Below the pieces are notes generated by a model, which saw only the letters and a list, made by a program, of their open reading frames with translations, was not told the origin of the DNA and did not search any database. A DNA stretch of 64,000 bases from the NCBI RefSeq assembly GCF_058153355.1, contig NZ_CM177019.1; one strand, written 5' to 3'. Numbering within the stretch: the stretch's first letter is position 1; every line of letters starts with the position of its first letter. Of this stretch, positions 13,737 to 29,067 are shown one piece after another. The position numbers were made by a program, and so were the translations under genes.

Positions 13737-14276
13737 TTATACTTTGTTATTCAAAATCAGTTGCCCGTTGCCATCTAACGGGATCTGCGTACCCGGATCG
13801 CGGTCCATGCGGATTTTGCCCTGCTGATCGCCAATCTTATAGGTCACATCATAACCGAGCATTTTTTCTGACTTGTCATACACCGTTTTACAACGCTGTT
13901 GCGTAGTCGTGTAAGTATCGCTTTCCTGGAGAGAGCCCTGGATCTGGTTACCGGCATAGCCACCTCCCAGCGCCCCCACAACAGTGGCGACATCTTTACC
14001 GCGACCACCGCCAAACTGATGCCCTATCACGCCGCCAGCAACAGCGCCGAGCACCGACCCGGTAATGCGATTTTCATCCTGCACCGGTCGACGATGGGTC
14101 ACTGTGACGTTGCGACACTCCTGACGCGGTGTTTTAACCGTTTCCTTGATTGGGGTTGCAGAAACAACCTGAGCGTATTGCGGGCCACGTTCAAACACGT
14201 TCAGACTGGCCACTGCCGCTACGCCCAACGCAGCTGCGACACCAATCCCCATACCCGCCAACATTGATTTATTCAC
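13737..14276 (-). CDS. ycfJ: Glycine-zipper membrane protein (Rick 17 kDa antigen family)
   Basis: 179 aa with GTG start preceded by GGAGGTG RBS. Confidence 0.8.
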   Translation of the reverse strand: MNKSMLAGMGIGVAAALGVAAVASLNVFERGPQYAQVVSATPIKETVKTPRQECRNVTVTHRRPVQDENRITGSVLGAVAGGVIGHQFGGGRGKDVATVVGALGGGYAGNQIQGSLQESDTYTTTQQRCKTVYDKSEKMLGYDVTYKIGDQQGKIRMDRDPGTQIPLDGNGQLILNNKV

Positions 14277-14402
14277 GGGAACACCTCCTTCTTTGCTGTT
14301 ATGCCAATCATGCAAGTGAAGGAGAAAAGCAGCTATCAGACAGAAGATGAAAAGCGCGGGAATGGCTGGAAATACTTAGGGATTCGGAGGAGTCTGAAGG
14401 AA

Positions 14403-14492
<90 letters not shown>

Positions 14493-14502
14493 TACAAGCC
14501 GA

Positions 14503-15807
14503 TTAATGCAACTTCAAACGTGGACGGATAACGCGGTTAATACTCCCCACCAGCATCATTAATCCGGTTTTAAAGTAACCATGCAGCGCAATCTGATGCA
14601 TTCTGTATAGCGAGATGTATACAAAGCGCGCAATTCGTCCTTCAATCATCATTGAGCCGCGCGTCAGGTTACCCATCAGGCTACCAACGGTGGAGAAATT
14701 CGACAACGATACCAGCGAACCGTGATCTTTATACTGATAATTTTTCAGCGGCTTACCGTTCATCTGCGCCAGAATGTTGTTCATTGCGCAGGTTGCCATC
14801 TGGTGTGCGGCCTGCGCACGCGGCGGAACAAAGCCCCCTTCCGGACGCGGGCATGACGCGCAGTCGCCAATAGCGTATATGTCTGGATCGCGAGTGGTTT
14901 GCAGCGTCGGTTCCACCACCAGCTGGTTGATACGGTTGGTTTCAAGACCACCGATATCTTTCAGGAAGTCTGGCGCTTTGATCCCGGCTGCCCACACCAT
15001 CAGATCAGCCTCAATATATTCACCATCTTTAGTGTGCAGGCCGCCTTCATCAGCACTGGTGACCATGGTTTGCGTCAGCACGCGAACGCCAAGTTTCGTT
15101 AACTCATTATGGGCCGCAGCAGAAATACGTGGCGGCAACGCAGGCAAAATACGTTCGCCCGCTTCTACCAGCGTTACGTTCAGGGCTTCGTTGGTCAGAC
15201 CTTTATAACCGTAGCTGTGCAGTTGCTTGACCGCGTTGTGCAATTCTGCGGAGAGTTCTACACCCGTCGCGCCGCCGCCGACAATCGCAATGTTCACTTT
15301 ACCATTCGCGCCCAGGTTGGCGGAGTATTTCAGGAACAGATTCAGCATCTCCTGGTGGAAACGACGCGCCTGATGCGGGTTATCGAGGAAAATGCAGTTC
15401 TCTTTGACTCCTGGCGTATTGAAATCGTTAGAGGTGCTGCCCAACGCCATTACCAGGGTGTCATAGGCGATTTTACGTTCCGGAACCAGCAGTTCACCTT
15501 TCTCGTCGCGCAGTTCTGCAATAGTGATTGTTTTCGCTTCACGATCAATATCAATGACGGAACCCAGCTGGAACTGGAAACCATGATTGCGCGCATGGGC
15601 CAGATAGCTCAACGCATCGACGCCTTCATCAAGCGAGCCAGTCGCCACTTCGTGCAGCAGCGGTTTCCACAAGTGGCTGTGGTTACGATCGACCAGCGTA
15701 ATTTTGGCTTTTTTCTTGCGTCCCAGCTTATGTCCCAGCTGTGTCGCCATTTCCAGCCCACCAGCACCGCCGCCGACAATCACAATTTTTTTCAATGGCG
15801 TAGTCAA
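14503..15807 (-). CDS. ndh: NADH:quinone oxidoreductase II (NDH-2)
   Basis: Two GxGxxG FAD/NAD folds; start assigned to TTG (MTTPLKK, 434 aa) after AAGGGGG RBS; an in-frame ATG lies 9 codons upstream. Confidence 0.9.
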
Positions 15808-16128
15808 CGTGACCCCCTTAAATTTATTAACCAATTGTTAACTAATAGTTATTAATATAGCTCTTAATTAACAACAGGTTACAGCAATGAAAATGTTCTT
15901 CGTTATTGAGAATAACATGAATGGTGCATTGGTCATACCAAAATTGATGTTAATCAAGTTTTGTTGCTGAAAAGATAGGCTGATTTACCGGATGAGATCA
16001 AAAAATACAGCTTATTGTTTATTATTCAAACGAATTCAGGAGGGTGAGACGTATATGGAGGGCGTTTGGTAGATACTGTTATGGCCTGCAAGTTTTTTTC
16101 TACCCCGGTTTCCCAGATTGCAGGCATG

Positions 16129-17430
<1,302 letters not shown>

Positions 17431-17492
17431 AGAATTTACAGAATCTGGAACGCATCAGGTATCAGCAAGGTTACCTGATGCGACGAGGGCAT

Positions 17493-18035
17493 TTAACCGA
17501 GGGTTTTGAACGCTTTAATGCGCTGCAAATGCGGGGAGATATTCTTGAATTTGTGCGTCTGCTCTTCGTCCCAGACAATCTCGTAATAATGATGCAACTC
17601 TTCAGATGTCCGCTGGCTGTTAAGCGCTTCATCGTTACGCGACAAAATCACCAGACAGCGATCGCGATTCTTCTCGCGGAAGTTGGTCACACACTTAGTG
17701 GCAATATCGGCATACTCTTCCGGGCGATCAATCTTGCCTTCCATGTTCTCATAAGGGAACAAATTAGGATTGAAGATCACCTGGCGGATATCGCAAAGAA
17801 AACCAATTCGCTCCGCCCAGTATCCGCCCAGACCAACGCCGCATATCAGCGGACGCTCATCGACGTTTAGTTGCAGCATTTTGTCCACTTCTTTGAGCAG
17901 ATGCTGCATATCATGTTTCGGATGCCGCGTACTGTAGCTTATCAAGCGTACATCCGGGTCAATAAACTGCAATTGTAAGACTTTCTCGTGGTTACCCGGA
18001 CTGTTAGAGTCAAAACCGTGTAAATAGATAATCAT
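17493..18035 (-). CDS. ycfP: UPF0227 alpha/beta-hydrolase-fold protein
   Basis: 180 aa from [12 protein letters not shown]. Confidence 0.8.
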
Positions 18036-18057
18036 CGCTTCCTCACATAAGCCAGGG

Positions 18058-19898
<1,841 letters not shown>

Positions 19899-19918
<20 letters not shown>

Positions 19919-20540
19919 CTTTACCTGACCAGATAATTTCACCCGTCTGCACCAGCATCAGCTGCATTTGTAGGGTCGGAGCGTTAACGTTGCCAGAGGC
20001 GCTGGAGTACAGCACGTAATGAGCGCCGACATTGCGGGCAATGCCTATGGCTTTACTACGGGTACCTAAACTGTCCTGCGGCGACAAACCTAACTGTTGC
20101 TTCGCCATCGACAGCTGCTGGGCGGAAACCAGGGTAAATTTACCGTTATTAGCCAGCGCATTTCGCAGCGTTTCGGTCGCTTCTGCGGCATTCAGCGAAC
20201 CGTTAGTACGGTTGTTAACGCTATCAACCAGAAGGACGCTACCCGCAGTCACCCCGTCAGCCCCAAGCATCTTACTGACCATCGGCTGCATTGCGCCATT
20301 CCAGTCATAATGGCGAATATGCGGTGCAGGCGGTGCAGTTTGATCTTCGTGCTCAATTGGGCCTGGCTGCTGCGGGATCGTCGGCACCGATGGCACCGTG
20401 GGCACAGGCTGTTGTGGCTCGGCTGGTTGTTCCGGCGCTGGTTTCACTTCTTCTACCGGTGCAGGTTCACGTTGCCCCACACACCCGGCGAGAAACATCG
20501 CCAGCGCGGCAATCAAAGCGTAGCGACTCATTTTTATCAT
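19899..20540 (-). CDS. lpoB: Outer-membrane lipoprotein activator of PBP1B
   Basis: Lipoprotein signal (LAGC), Pro-rich linker; 213 aa. Confidence 0.85.
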
Positions 20541-20553
20541 CAAGATTCACCCC

Positions 20554-20931
20554 TTACAAATATAGATAAAGTCTGACTTTGTGCGCCCCCAGAAAATTGG
20601 CGCTGCCGTATAGCGTTACCGCCGAATGTGCGGGAATGGTAACGCTGCGTGGCGTTTCCAGAGGATGCATCTCAAGTCCTCTGGCGTCATACCAGTAAAA
20701 ACGATAATGAACGGTAACGGGTTCTTGCCTTTCGTTATAAAGCGTTGAGGATGCTGAAGGTTGAATATCAGACGTCGAAAGGACGGGCTTTTCTGCACTG
20801 ATGCCCGCAGCCAATAAAGATGACTCCATCACCAGCGATTGCTCATCATTCACCGGAATTTCCGGATGTGAACGACAGCCCACCAGCACTAACAACGCCA
20901 GAGACACCAGCCCAAAGCATCCTTTTCTCAT
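20554..20931 (-). CDS. ycfL: Lipoprotein YcfL
   Basis: 125 aa with lipobox LVGC. Confidence 0.8.
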   Translation of the reverse strand: MRKGCFGLVSLALLVLVGCRSHPEIPVNDEQSLVMESSLLAAGISAEKPVLSTSDIQPSASSTLYNERQEPVTVHYRFYWYDARGLEMHPLETPRSVTIPAHSAVTLYGSANFLGAHKVRLYLYL

Positions 20932-20933
20932 CG

Positions 20934-21293
20934 TTACAGACCTTTATGCGCCAGCATTGGTCCCAGCGGACGGCCACCCAACAAGTGCATATGGATGTGA
21001 TACACCTCTTGTCCGCCATGGCGATTGGTGTTCATGATCAGACGATAGCCATCTTCGGCAATACCTTCTTGCTCAGCAATTTTTGCCGCTACGGTGATCA
21101 TGCGTCCCAGCGCCTGCTCATGCTCAGCAGACACGTCGTTCACAGTCGGAATGAGGATATTTGGAATGATCAGAATATGCGTTGGCGCTTGCGGCGAAAT
21201 ATCGCGAAACGCCGTTACCAGATCATCCTGGTAGACGATATCGGAGGGGATCTCACGACGAATAATTTTGCTAAATATAGTTTCTTCTGCCAC
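20934..21293 (-). CDS. hinT: Purine nucleoside phosphoramidase (HIT family)
   Basis: HIT motif [12 protein letters not shown] start (MAEETIF, 119 aa). Confidence 0.85.
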   Translation of the reverse strand: MAEETIFSKIIRREIPSDIVYQDDLVTAFRDISPQAPTHILIIPNILIPTVNDVSAEHEQALGRMITVAAKIAEQEGIAEDGYRLIMNTNRHGGQEVYHIHMHLLGGRPLGPMLAHKGL

Positions 21294-21626
21294 GACATTT
21301 TCCTTTTTCAAATAGCCATGCGTTGCGCCATGCTACGCCGCGCCATACTGCGAGTATAGAGTATGGTCGAGTTAAACCTGCTCTTTCAACCTTAACTCAC
21401 GATTTCTTAAGCAAAAAATCGTTTTGCTGCCGTATATATCGCCATTATTCCCATTTCTGCCTGCGAATTCGCTGAAAAGACATTCTTTGTTTGGTTTACA
21501 CGTCAAATATGAATGCGTATATTTCTCATTTGCATTTGCATGCAAAATTATTCGCACACTAAATATAACCGCTCATCATCCTCCTCCTGCATGAGCCTGA
21601 CGACAACATAAACCAAGAGATTTCAA

Positions 21627-23816
21627 ATGCTTTCAACACAATTTAACAGGGATAATCAACATCAAACCACCTCCAAACCGTCACTACTTGCCGGTTGCAT
21701 AGCACTGGCACTCTTACCTTCCGCCGCTTTTGCTGCACCAGCCACTGAAGAAACGGTGATTGTTGAGGGTTCCGCCACTACTCCAGTTGATGACGAAAAT
21801 GATTACAGCGTAACGTCTACCTCTGCGGGTACCAAAATGCAGATGACTCAACGTGATATTCCTCAGTCGGTCACTATTGTTAGTCAGCAGCGGATGGAAG
21901 ATCAGCAGTTACAAACGCTGGGCGAAGTGATGGAAAACACGCTGGGGATCAGCAAAAGTCAGGCGGATTCCGATCGTGCTCTTTATTATTCCCGCGGATT
22001 CCAGATCGATAACTATATGGTTGATGGTATCCCCACCTATTTTGCATCGCGCTGGAATCTGGGCGACGCACTTTCTGATATGGCACTGTTTGAACGCGTA
22101 GAAGTAGTGCGTGGCGCGACAGGACTCATGACCGGTACGGGTAATCCATCTGCGGCAATTAATATGGTTCGAAAACACGCGACCAGTCGTGAATTTAAAG
22201 GCGATGTTTCAGCAGAATACGGTAGCTGGAACAAAGAACGGTATGTGGCGGATTTACAAAGTCCACTCACCGAAGATGGTAAAATCCGCGCGCGAATTGT
22301 CGGCGGCTACCAGAATAACGACTCATGGCTGGACCGCTACAACAGTGAAAAGACCTTCTTCTCCGGCATTGTTGATGCTGATTTAGGCGATCTTACGACG
22401 CTTTCAGCCGGTTACGAATATCAGCGCATTGATGTTAATAGCCCAACGTGGGGCGGTTTACCGCGCTGGAATACTGATGGCAGCAGCAACAGTTACGATC
22501 GCGCACGCAGTACCGCACCTGACTGGGCGTACAACGATAAAGAGATCAACAAGGTCTTTATGACCCTCAAGCAGCGGTTTGCTGATACCTGGCAAGCGAC
22601 ACTGAATGCCACCCACTCCGAAGTCGAATTTGACAGCAAAATGATGTATGTCGATGCCTATGTAAACAAAGCGGATGGTATGCTGGTTGGGCCATACAGT
22701 AATTATGGACCTGGCTTTGATTATGTCGGCGGCACCGGTTGGAACAGCGGCAAACGTAAAGTTGATGCGCTGGATTTGTTCGCTGACGGTAGTTATGAAT
22801 TGTTTGGTCGTCAGCACAATCTCATGTTTGGTGGCAGTTACAGCAAACAAAACAATCGTTACTTCAGTTCATGGGCCAACATCTTCCCGGATGAAATTGG
22901 CAGTTTCTACAACTTTAATGGCAATTTCCCACAAACCGACTGGTCACCACAGAGTCTGGCGCAGGACGATACCACACATATGAAATCGTTATATGCTGCC
23001 ACTCGTGTCACCCTTGCCGATCCGCTGCATCTGATCCTCGGCGCACGTTATACCAACTGGCGGGTTGATACGCTGACTTACAGCATGGAGAAAAACCACA
23101 CCACGCCTTATGCTGGTCTGGTGTTTGACATTAATGACAACTGGTCGACCTACGCCAGCTATACCTCTATTTTCCAGCCGCAAAATGATCGTGACAGTTC
23201 AGGCAAATATCTGGCTCCAATCACCGGTAACAACTACGAGCTGGGTCTGAAATCGGACTGGATGAATAGCCGTCTGACCACCACGTTAGCCATCTTCCGT
23301 ATTGAGCAGGATAATGTAGCTCAGTCCACCGGTACACCTATCCCCGGCAGCAACGGCGAAACCGCCTATAAAGCGGTGGATGGGACAGTCAGTAAAGGTG
23401 TGGAATTTGAACTCAACGGCGCAATTACCGACAACTGGCAGCTGACGTTTGGCGCAACGCGCTATATTGCAGAAGATAACGAAGGAAACGCCGTTAATCC
23501 TAATCTGCCACGCACCACGGTTAAAATGTTCACCAGCTATCGGTTGCCTGTCATGCCAGAGTTGACGGTCGGCGGTGGTGTTAACTGGCAAAATCGCGTG
23601 TATACCGACACCGTGACACCGTATGGCACCTTCCGCGCCGAGCAAGGTAGCTACGCGCTGGTGGATCTCTTCACCCGCTACCAGGTGACGAAAAACTTCT
23701 CGTTACAGGGGAACGTCAATAACCTGTTCGACAAAACCTACGATACCAACGTGGAAGGTTCTATCGTCTACGGCGCACCGCGTAATTTCAGCATTACCGG
23801 CACGTATCAATTCTGA
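21627..23816 (+). CDS. fhuE: TonB-dependent outer-membrane receptor for ferric coprogen/rhodotorulic acid
   Basis: 729 aa, signal peptide, plug and beta-barrel, terminal F. Confidence 0.9.
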   Translation: MLSTQFNRDNQHQTTSKPSLLAGCIALALLPSAAFAAPATEETVIVEGSATTPVDDENDYSVTSTSAGTKMQMTQRDIPQSVTIVSQQRMEDQQLQTLGEVMENTLGISKSQADSDRALYYSRGFQIDNYMVDGIPTYFASRWNLGDALSDMALFERVEVVRGATGLMTGTGNPSAAINMVRKHATSREFKGDVSAEYGSWNKERYVADLQSPLTEDGKIRARIVGGYQNNDSWLDRYNSEKTFFSGIVDADLGDLTTLSAGYEYQRIDVNSPTWGGLPRWNTDGSSNSYDRARSTAPDWAYNDKEINKVFMTLKQRFADTWQATLNATHSEVEFDSKMMYVDAYVNKADGMLVGPYSNYGPGFDYVGGTGWNSGKRKVDALDLFADGSYELFGRQHNLMFGGSYSKQNNRYFSSWANIFPDEIGSFYNFNGNFPQTDWSPQSLAQDDTTHMKSLYAATRVTLADPLHLILGARYTNWRVDTLTYSMEKNHTTPYAGLVFDINDNWSTYASYTSIFQPQNDRDSSGKYLAPITGNNYELGLKSDWMNSRLTTTLAIFRIEQDNVAQSTGTPIPGSNGETAYKAVDGTVSKGVEFELNGAITDNWQLTFGATRYIAEDNEGNAVNPNLPRTTVKMFTSYRLPVMPELTVGGGVNWQNRVYTDTVTPYGTFRAEQGSYALVDLFTRYQVTKNFSLQGNVNNLFDKTYDTNVEGSIVYGAPRNFSITGTYQF

Positions 23817-23833
23817 ATAACACCTGTAAAAAA

Positions 23834-23851
23834 GGCAGCCATCTGGCTGCC
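23834..23851. terminator. Bidirectional terminator between fhuE and ptsG
   Basis: ggcagccatctggctgcc hairpin flanked by A-run and T-run. Confidence 0.6.
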
Positions 23852-23875
23852 TTAGTCTCCCCAACGTCTTACGGA

Positions 23876-25309
23876 TTAGTGGTTACGGATGTACTCATCC
23901 ATCTCGGTTTTCAGGTTATCGGATTTAGTACCGAAAATCGCCTGAACACCAGAACCAGCAACCACTACGCCCGCTGCGCCCAGTTTCTTCAGGCCAGCCT
24001 GATCCACTTTAGACACATCAGCAACGCTGACGCGCAGACGGGTAATACATGCGTCGAGGTTAGTGATGTTTTCTTTACCACCAAACGCAGCAACCAGAGC
24101 CGGTGCCATTTCGCTGGTACCTGTCGCTTTTGCATCATCAGTCGCGTCTTCACGACCCGGCGTTTTCAGATCCAGTGCTTTAATCAGCACGCGGAAGATG
24201 GTGTAGTAAACAATTGCATAACCGATACCGACGATCGGGAACAGCCACAGTTTGCTGCTGTTACCAGACAGAACGATGAAGTCGATCAGACCGTGCGAGA
24301 ACGACGTACCGTCACGCATCCCCAGAAGAATACAGATTGGGAATGCCAGGCCTGCCAGAATCGCGTGGATGATGTACAGGATCGGCGCAACGAACATGAA
24401 GGAGAACTCGATCGGCTCGGTGATACCGGTCAGGAACGAGGTCAGCGCCGCGGAGATCATAATACCGCCCACTTTCGCGCGGTTTTCTGGTTTAGCAGAG
24501 TGCCAGATAGCAATTGCGGCAGCTGGCAGACCGTACATTTTGAACAGGAAGCCACCAGACAGTTTACCCGCAGTCGGGTCACCCGCCATATAACGCGGAA
24601 TGTCGCCGTGGAAAACCTGACCTGCAGCGTTGGTGTATTCACCAATCTGCATCTGGAAAGGTACGTTCCAGATGTGGTGCAGACCAAACGGTACCAGGCA
24701 ACGTTCGATGAAACCGTAAATGCCAAACGCAACTACCGGGTTCTGGTAAGCAGCCCACTGAGAGAAGGTCTGGATTGCAGAACCAATAGGCGGCCAAATG
24801 AAGGACAGCACAACGCCAGTAAAGATGGCAGCCAGGCCTGAAATGATCGGCACAAAGCGTTTACCGGCAAAGAAGCCAAGATACTCAGGCAGCTTAATAC
24901 GGTAGAAACGGTTAAACATGTACGCTGCGATCGCACCGGAGATAATCCCCCCGAGTACGCCAGTATCCGCCAGGTGTTTAGAGGCGATTTCTTCAGCAGG
25001 TAAATGCAGTACCAGTGGCGCAACCACGGCCATGGTTTTAACCATGATGCCATAGGCAACAACTGCGGCCAGCGCGGATACGCCATCGTTATTGGTAAAG
25101 CCGAGGGCGACACCGATCGCAAAAATCAGTGGCATGTTTGCAAAGACGGAACCGCCTGCTTCTGCCATAACATGCGATACAACGGCGGGCAGCCAGCTGA
25201 AATTCGCGGAACCGACGCCCAGCAGAATACCTGCGATAGGCAGTACGGATACCGGCAGCATCAGCGATTTACCGACCTTTTGCAGGTTAGCAAATGCATT
25301 CTTAAACAT
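23876..25309 (-). CDS. ptsG: Glucose-specific PTS enzyme IICB
   Basis: 477 aa; EIIC membrane domain plus EIIB with CITRLR. Confidence 0.95.
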
Positions 25310-25602
25310 AATTGAGAGTGCTCCTGAGTATGGGTGCTTTTTTACGTTCTCACGCGTGGCAAGGGGGGAGAGCCTCGCCGTGTACAGGGCATCTAAGCGC
25401 CCTTTATTTATTACACAGAGTAAAATAATTCAGTGCCGATTTGTTTGACGGCTATCACGTTTCAACTTCAGATCATTGGAGAAGTTGCACATTTTGACAA
25501 AACATATGTCACAATATTTCAAACGTGGTTATTCACCGCCCAATTTTCGGCGGTGAACTTTACTCGTTTTAGCCATTAATTACGAGCTTTAAAAAAACTC
25601 AT

Positions 25603-26400
25603 TCAACGGATGGATTGAAGGCGGGAAGCGTCGATGTGAAACAGACGGGCGAAGTTATCGGTGGTTACCTGCGCCAGTTCTTCAACGGCAACACCTTTCA
25701 ACACAGCCATGTATTCTGCAACGTCACGAACCATCGCAGGTTGATTCTCTTTTCCTCGATGCGGAACCGGTGCAAGGTAAGGTGAGTCAGTTTCTACCAG
25801 TAACCGATCGAGGGGGACATAACGCGCGGCATCGCGCAGTTGCTCCGCATTACGGAAGGTCACAATGCCGGAAAAGGAGATGTAAAATCCGAGATCCAGT
25901 AATTTACCCACCGTTTCTCTGTCCTCTGTAAAACAGTGTAGTACGCCACCGCAATCCGTCACTTTTTCTTCGCGCAGAATTGCCAGCGTATCGGCGCGGG
26001 CGTCACGGGTGTGGACGATAACCGGCTTGTTCAGTTCACGACCAATCTGGATATGATGGATGAAGGACTCTTGCTGCCGTACTTTAGTTTCCGGCGTGTA
26101 ATAATAATCCAACCCGGTTTCACCCAGCGCAACAACGCCCTCTTCTGCCGCCAGACGGCGTAAATCTTCTACATCGTAGGGATCATTCTGGTTGAGTGGA
26201 TGCACGCCACAAGAAAATACGACGTTGTCACGTTCACCTACCAGATCCCGCATGTGTAAATAACCCGGTAATGTTGTGGCGACTGCCAGACAAAATTTCA
26301 CATCGCGTGCGGCGGCTTTCGCCAGAACGTCATCCACGTCCTTATGCAAAGATTCATAATCCAGACCATCGAGATGGCAGTGTGAGTCGACTAAAAACAT
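25603..26400 (-). CDS. ycfH: TatD-family metal-dependent hydrolase
   Basis: 265 aa from [11 protein letters not shown]. Confidence 0.85.
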   Translation of the reverse strand: MFLVDSHCHLDGLDYESLHKDVDDVLAKAAARDVKFCLAVATTLPGYLHMRDLVGERDNVVFSCGVHPLNQNDPYDVEDLRRLAAEEGVVALGETGLDYYYTPETKVRQQESFIHHIQIGRELNKPVIVHTRDARADTLAILREEKVTDCGGVLHCFTEDRETVGKLLDLGFYISFSGIVTFRNAEQLRDAARYVPLDRLLVETDSPYLAPVPHRGKENQPAMVRDVAEYMAVLKGVAVEELAQVTTDNFARLFHIDASRLQSIR

Positions 26401-26410
26401 GATGTTTCTC

Positions 26411-27415
26411 TTAAAGATGAGGAACCGGTAGCACAACGCCCGGTTGCAGGTAATGCTCAATACGCAGTAAAAGATCGGTGATGAGAAGCTCGCGGTTAAT
26501 ACCTGTGACAGACATTAACTGTTCACGAATGTGGCAAACATCCCCCAGTATAGCCTGCAGACGCGAGGGAGAAAGATGGTTTGCCAGTTCGACGACCAGG
26601 CCCGGCACATCAACATTGGTCACCTGCGCAGCGCCATGATGGCGTTTTAGCGCATCCATCAGCAACGTTGCCAGCCAGTGTAAACGCGCCGGAGCTTGTT
26701 CATGATTAAGGGCCGCTAGCAGCGAATACCAGTCGTCCGATTGCACGCTATATGCCAGCGCCTGACACAATGTTTCACGAGCCTGCCAGATATCTCCCTG
26801 AAACAACGCCAGTGCCGCACCAGGCGAACCAGCGCTTAAGCGCAATGCGGCAAGTAATGCATCCTGTGACATTGTCACTTCGCGTGAAAGCCAGGTCACG
26901 GCGTACTGTTCCGGCGGCGGCGCAAGGTAATGTAACCGACAACGACTACGTAATGTTGCCAGTAAACGTTCAGGCTCGCGGGTAGCAAGGAAAAACCAGG
27001 TTTCTGCTGGCGGCTCTTCAAGCGTTTTCAGCAATGCGTTAGCCGCGGCGTCAGTCAGTAAGGCAGCATCGGTTACCCAGACAACTTTTGCACCGCCTAA
27101 GCGTGCGTGCTCATTCAGCTTTTCGGTAACTTCACGTACCGCATCAATGCCCAGCGCATTTTTCCCTTTTTCAGGAGCCAGGATATAATAATCGGGATGC
27201 GTGCCAGCCTGCATCAACTGACATCCACGACAGTGACCGCAACTTTTGTGGCCCTGAGGTTGTTGGCAGAGTAAATAACGGCTCAGAGCGTAGATTAAAG
27301 CATCATCGCCCATACCCGGTAACGCCTGAATGAGTAGCGCATGGTGACCTCTTCCGGCCTGATAGCTGGCTACCAGTTTTTCGAAATCAGGTCGTAACCA
27401 TGGATACCATCTCAT
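26411..27415 (-). CDS. holB: DNA polymerase III delta-prime subunit
   Basis: 334 aa; zinc-module CGHCRGC. Confidence 0.9.
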   Translation of the reverse strand: MRWYPWLRPDFEKLVASYQAGRGHHALLIQALPGMGDDALIYALSRYLLCQQPQGHKSCGHCRGCQLMQAGTHPDYYILAPEKGKNALGIDAVREVTEKLNEHARLGGAKVVWVTDAALLTDAAANALLKTLEEPPAETWFFLATREPERLLATLRSRCRLHYLAPPPEQYAVTWLSREVTMSQDALLAALRLSAGSPGAALALFQGDIWQARETLCQALAYSVQSDDWYSLLAALNHEQAPARLHWLATLLMDALKRHHGAAQVTNVDVPGLVVELANHLSPSRLQAILGDVCHIREQLMSVTGINRELLITDLLLRIEHYLQPGVVLPVPHL

Positions 27416-28053
27416 GCGTTCTGCTCCTTAACCCAATTGGTCACGGTAGTGCGGATTGCATCCATGACGGCCTCCAGCGGATGGGTGGCATCAATGGTAT
27501 GAATGCTTTTATCTTGTGCTGCCAGTTCCAGATAGCGGGCGCGGGTGCGATTAAAGAAATCGAAAGACTCTTGCTCAATACGATCCAGCTCGCCGCGCGC
27601 ACGCGCGCGTTTTAAGCCAACTTCCGGGGTAACATCGAGATAGAGCGTTAAGTCGGGGCGAAAATCCCCGAGAACAGCATCACGCAATGTTGCCAGCATA
27701 TGTTGGTCAATACCACGTCCGCCGCCCTGATACGCCTGAGTAGAGAGATCGTGGCGATCGCCAATCACCCAGGTGCCGTTAGTCAGCGCAGGTTTGATGA
27801 CCGTTTCTACCAGTTGAACGCGCGCGGCATAAAACATCAGAACTTCGGCTTTATCGGTAATGACTTCATCGCCTACCGATTTGATATCCAGCACCAGGCT
27901 TCTTAACTTTTCGGCAAGTTGCGTACCGCCAGGTTCCCGAGTGAAAACCATGTCGCGAATACCCAGTTGCTCGAGCGTCTCAACCACCACGTTACGCGCG
28001 GTAGTTTTGCCTGCGCCTTCCAGCCCCTCAATGACGATATACTTACTGCGCAT
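27412..28053 (-). CDS. tmk: Thymidylate kinase
   Basis: 213 aa; P-loop GLEGAGKTT. Confidence 0.9.
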   Translation of the reverse strand: MRSKYIVIEGLEGAGKTTARNVVVETLEQLGIRDMVFTREPGGTQLAEKLRSLVLDIKSVGDEVITDKAEVLMFYAARVQLVETVIKPALTNGTWVIGDRHDLSTQAYQGGGRGIDQHMLATLRDAVLGDFRPDLTLYLDVTPEVGLKRARARGELDRIEQESFDFFNRTRARYLELAAQDKSIHTIDATHPLEAVMDAIRTTVTNWVKEQNA

Positions 28054-29065
28054 TTTTTTCCTTAAGCACTTTCAGATAATCCTGCACAGACTTGTTATGA
28101 CTGGCAAGATTGGTATTAAACGTGTGACCACCTTTACCATCGGCCACAAAATAGAGATACGGCGTTTTTGCCGGATGCGCAGCAGCCTTCAGCGAATCCG
28201 CCCCCGGCGTCGCTATCGCACCTGGCGGCAAACCGGTAATGGTATAGGTGTTATACGCTGTCGGCGTTTCCAGGTCTGCACGAGAAAGTTTGCCATTATA
28301 ACGCTCTCCCATCCCGTAAATCACGGTCGGGTCGGTCTGCAGGCGCATACCAATGCGTAAACGGTTGATAAATACCGAGGCAACCTGATCGCGTTCGCTG
28401 GAAACGGCGGTTTCTTTTTCGATAATTGATGCCATCGTCACCAACTGGTTTTTATCTTTATAAGGCAGACCGTCCGCACGCCCTTCCCAGGCGCTATCGA
28501 CCGCTTTCACCATTTTCTTGTGCGCTCGCTTGAGTAACGCGACATCGGTGGTATTAGCGGTATACATCCAGGTGTCTGGCCAGAACCAACCTTCAATCCA
28601 CTCCGGGTTTTCCAGTTCAAGTGCCTGCGCTACGGTGGCGTACTTATCGTCGCTCAGCGTGTGCTTGATATACGGGGCCTCACGCAATTGCTTGAGGTAA
28701 TCGCTCAAACGCATCCCTTCTACCAGTCGCAGAGGGAACTGTGCTTCTTTACCGCTTTCCAGCAATTTCAGCATCTCACGTACGGTCATCTGCGGTGTAA
28801 AGCGGTAAGTCCCGGCTTTAAAGTGAGAAAGATCCGGTTCGATACGCAGCAGCCATTGAAAAACCCGTGGGCGATTGATGATCTTATCGGCGTAAAGCTG
28901 TTCACCGAGCGCCAGACGTCCGGTCCCTGACTTCAGGGTAAATATCGTCTCTTCTTTGATAAGCAATTTGCTGTCGGCAAGATGGCGAACCTTCCAGACG
29001 CCCACACCAGCGGCGATACCCAGTACCACCAGCAATAACAAGATAATCAATAACACTTTTTTCAT
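28043..29065 (-). CDS. mltG: Endolytic murein transglycosylase (YceG family)
   Basis: 340 aa, N-terminal TM helix. Confidence 0.9.
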   Translation of the reverse strand: MKKVLLIILLLLVVLGIAAGVGVWKVRHLADSKLLIKEETIFTLKSGTGRLALGEQLYADKIINRPRVFQWLLRIEPDLSHFKAGTYRFTPQMTVREMLKLLESGKEAQFPLRLVEGMRLSDYLKQLREAPYIKHTLSDDKYATVAQALELENPEWIEGWFWPDTWMYTANTTDVALLKRAHKKMVKAVDSAWEGRADGLPYKDKNQLVTMASIIEKETAVSSERDQVASVFINRLRIGMRLQTDPTVIYGMGERYNGKLSRADLETPTAYNTYTITGLPPGAIATPGADSLKAAAHPAKTPYLYFVADGKGGHTFNTNLASHNKSVQDYLKVLKEKNAQ

Positions 29066-29067
29066 GA

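Noticed and set aside
15109-15855. 248-aa plus-strand ORF overlapping ndh
   Set aside because: Antisense to a well-supported conserved gene; typical shadow ORF.
23879-24841. 320-aa plus-strand ORF overlapping ptsG
   Set aside because: Antisense shadow ORF inside ptsG; Arg/His-rich translation with no recognisable domain.
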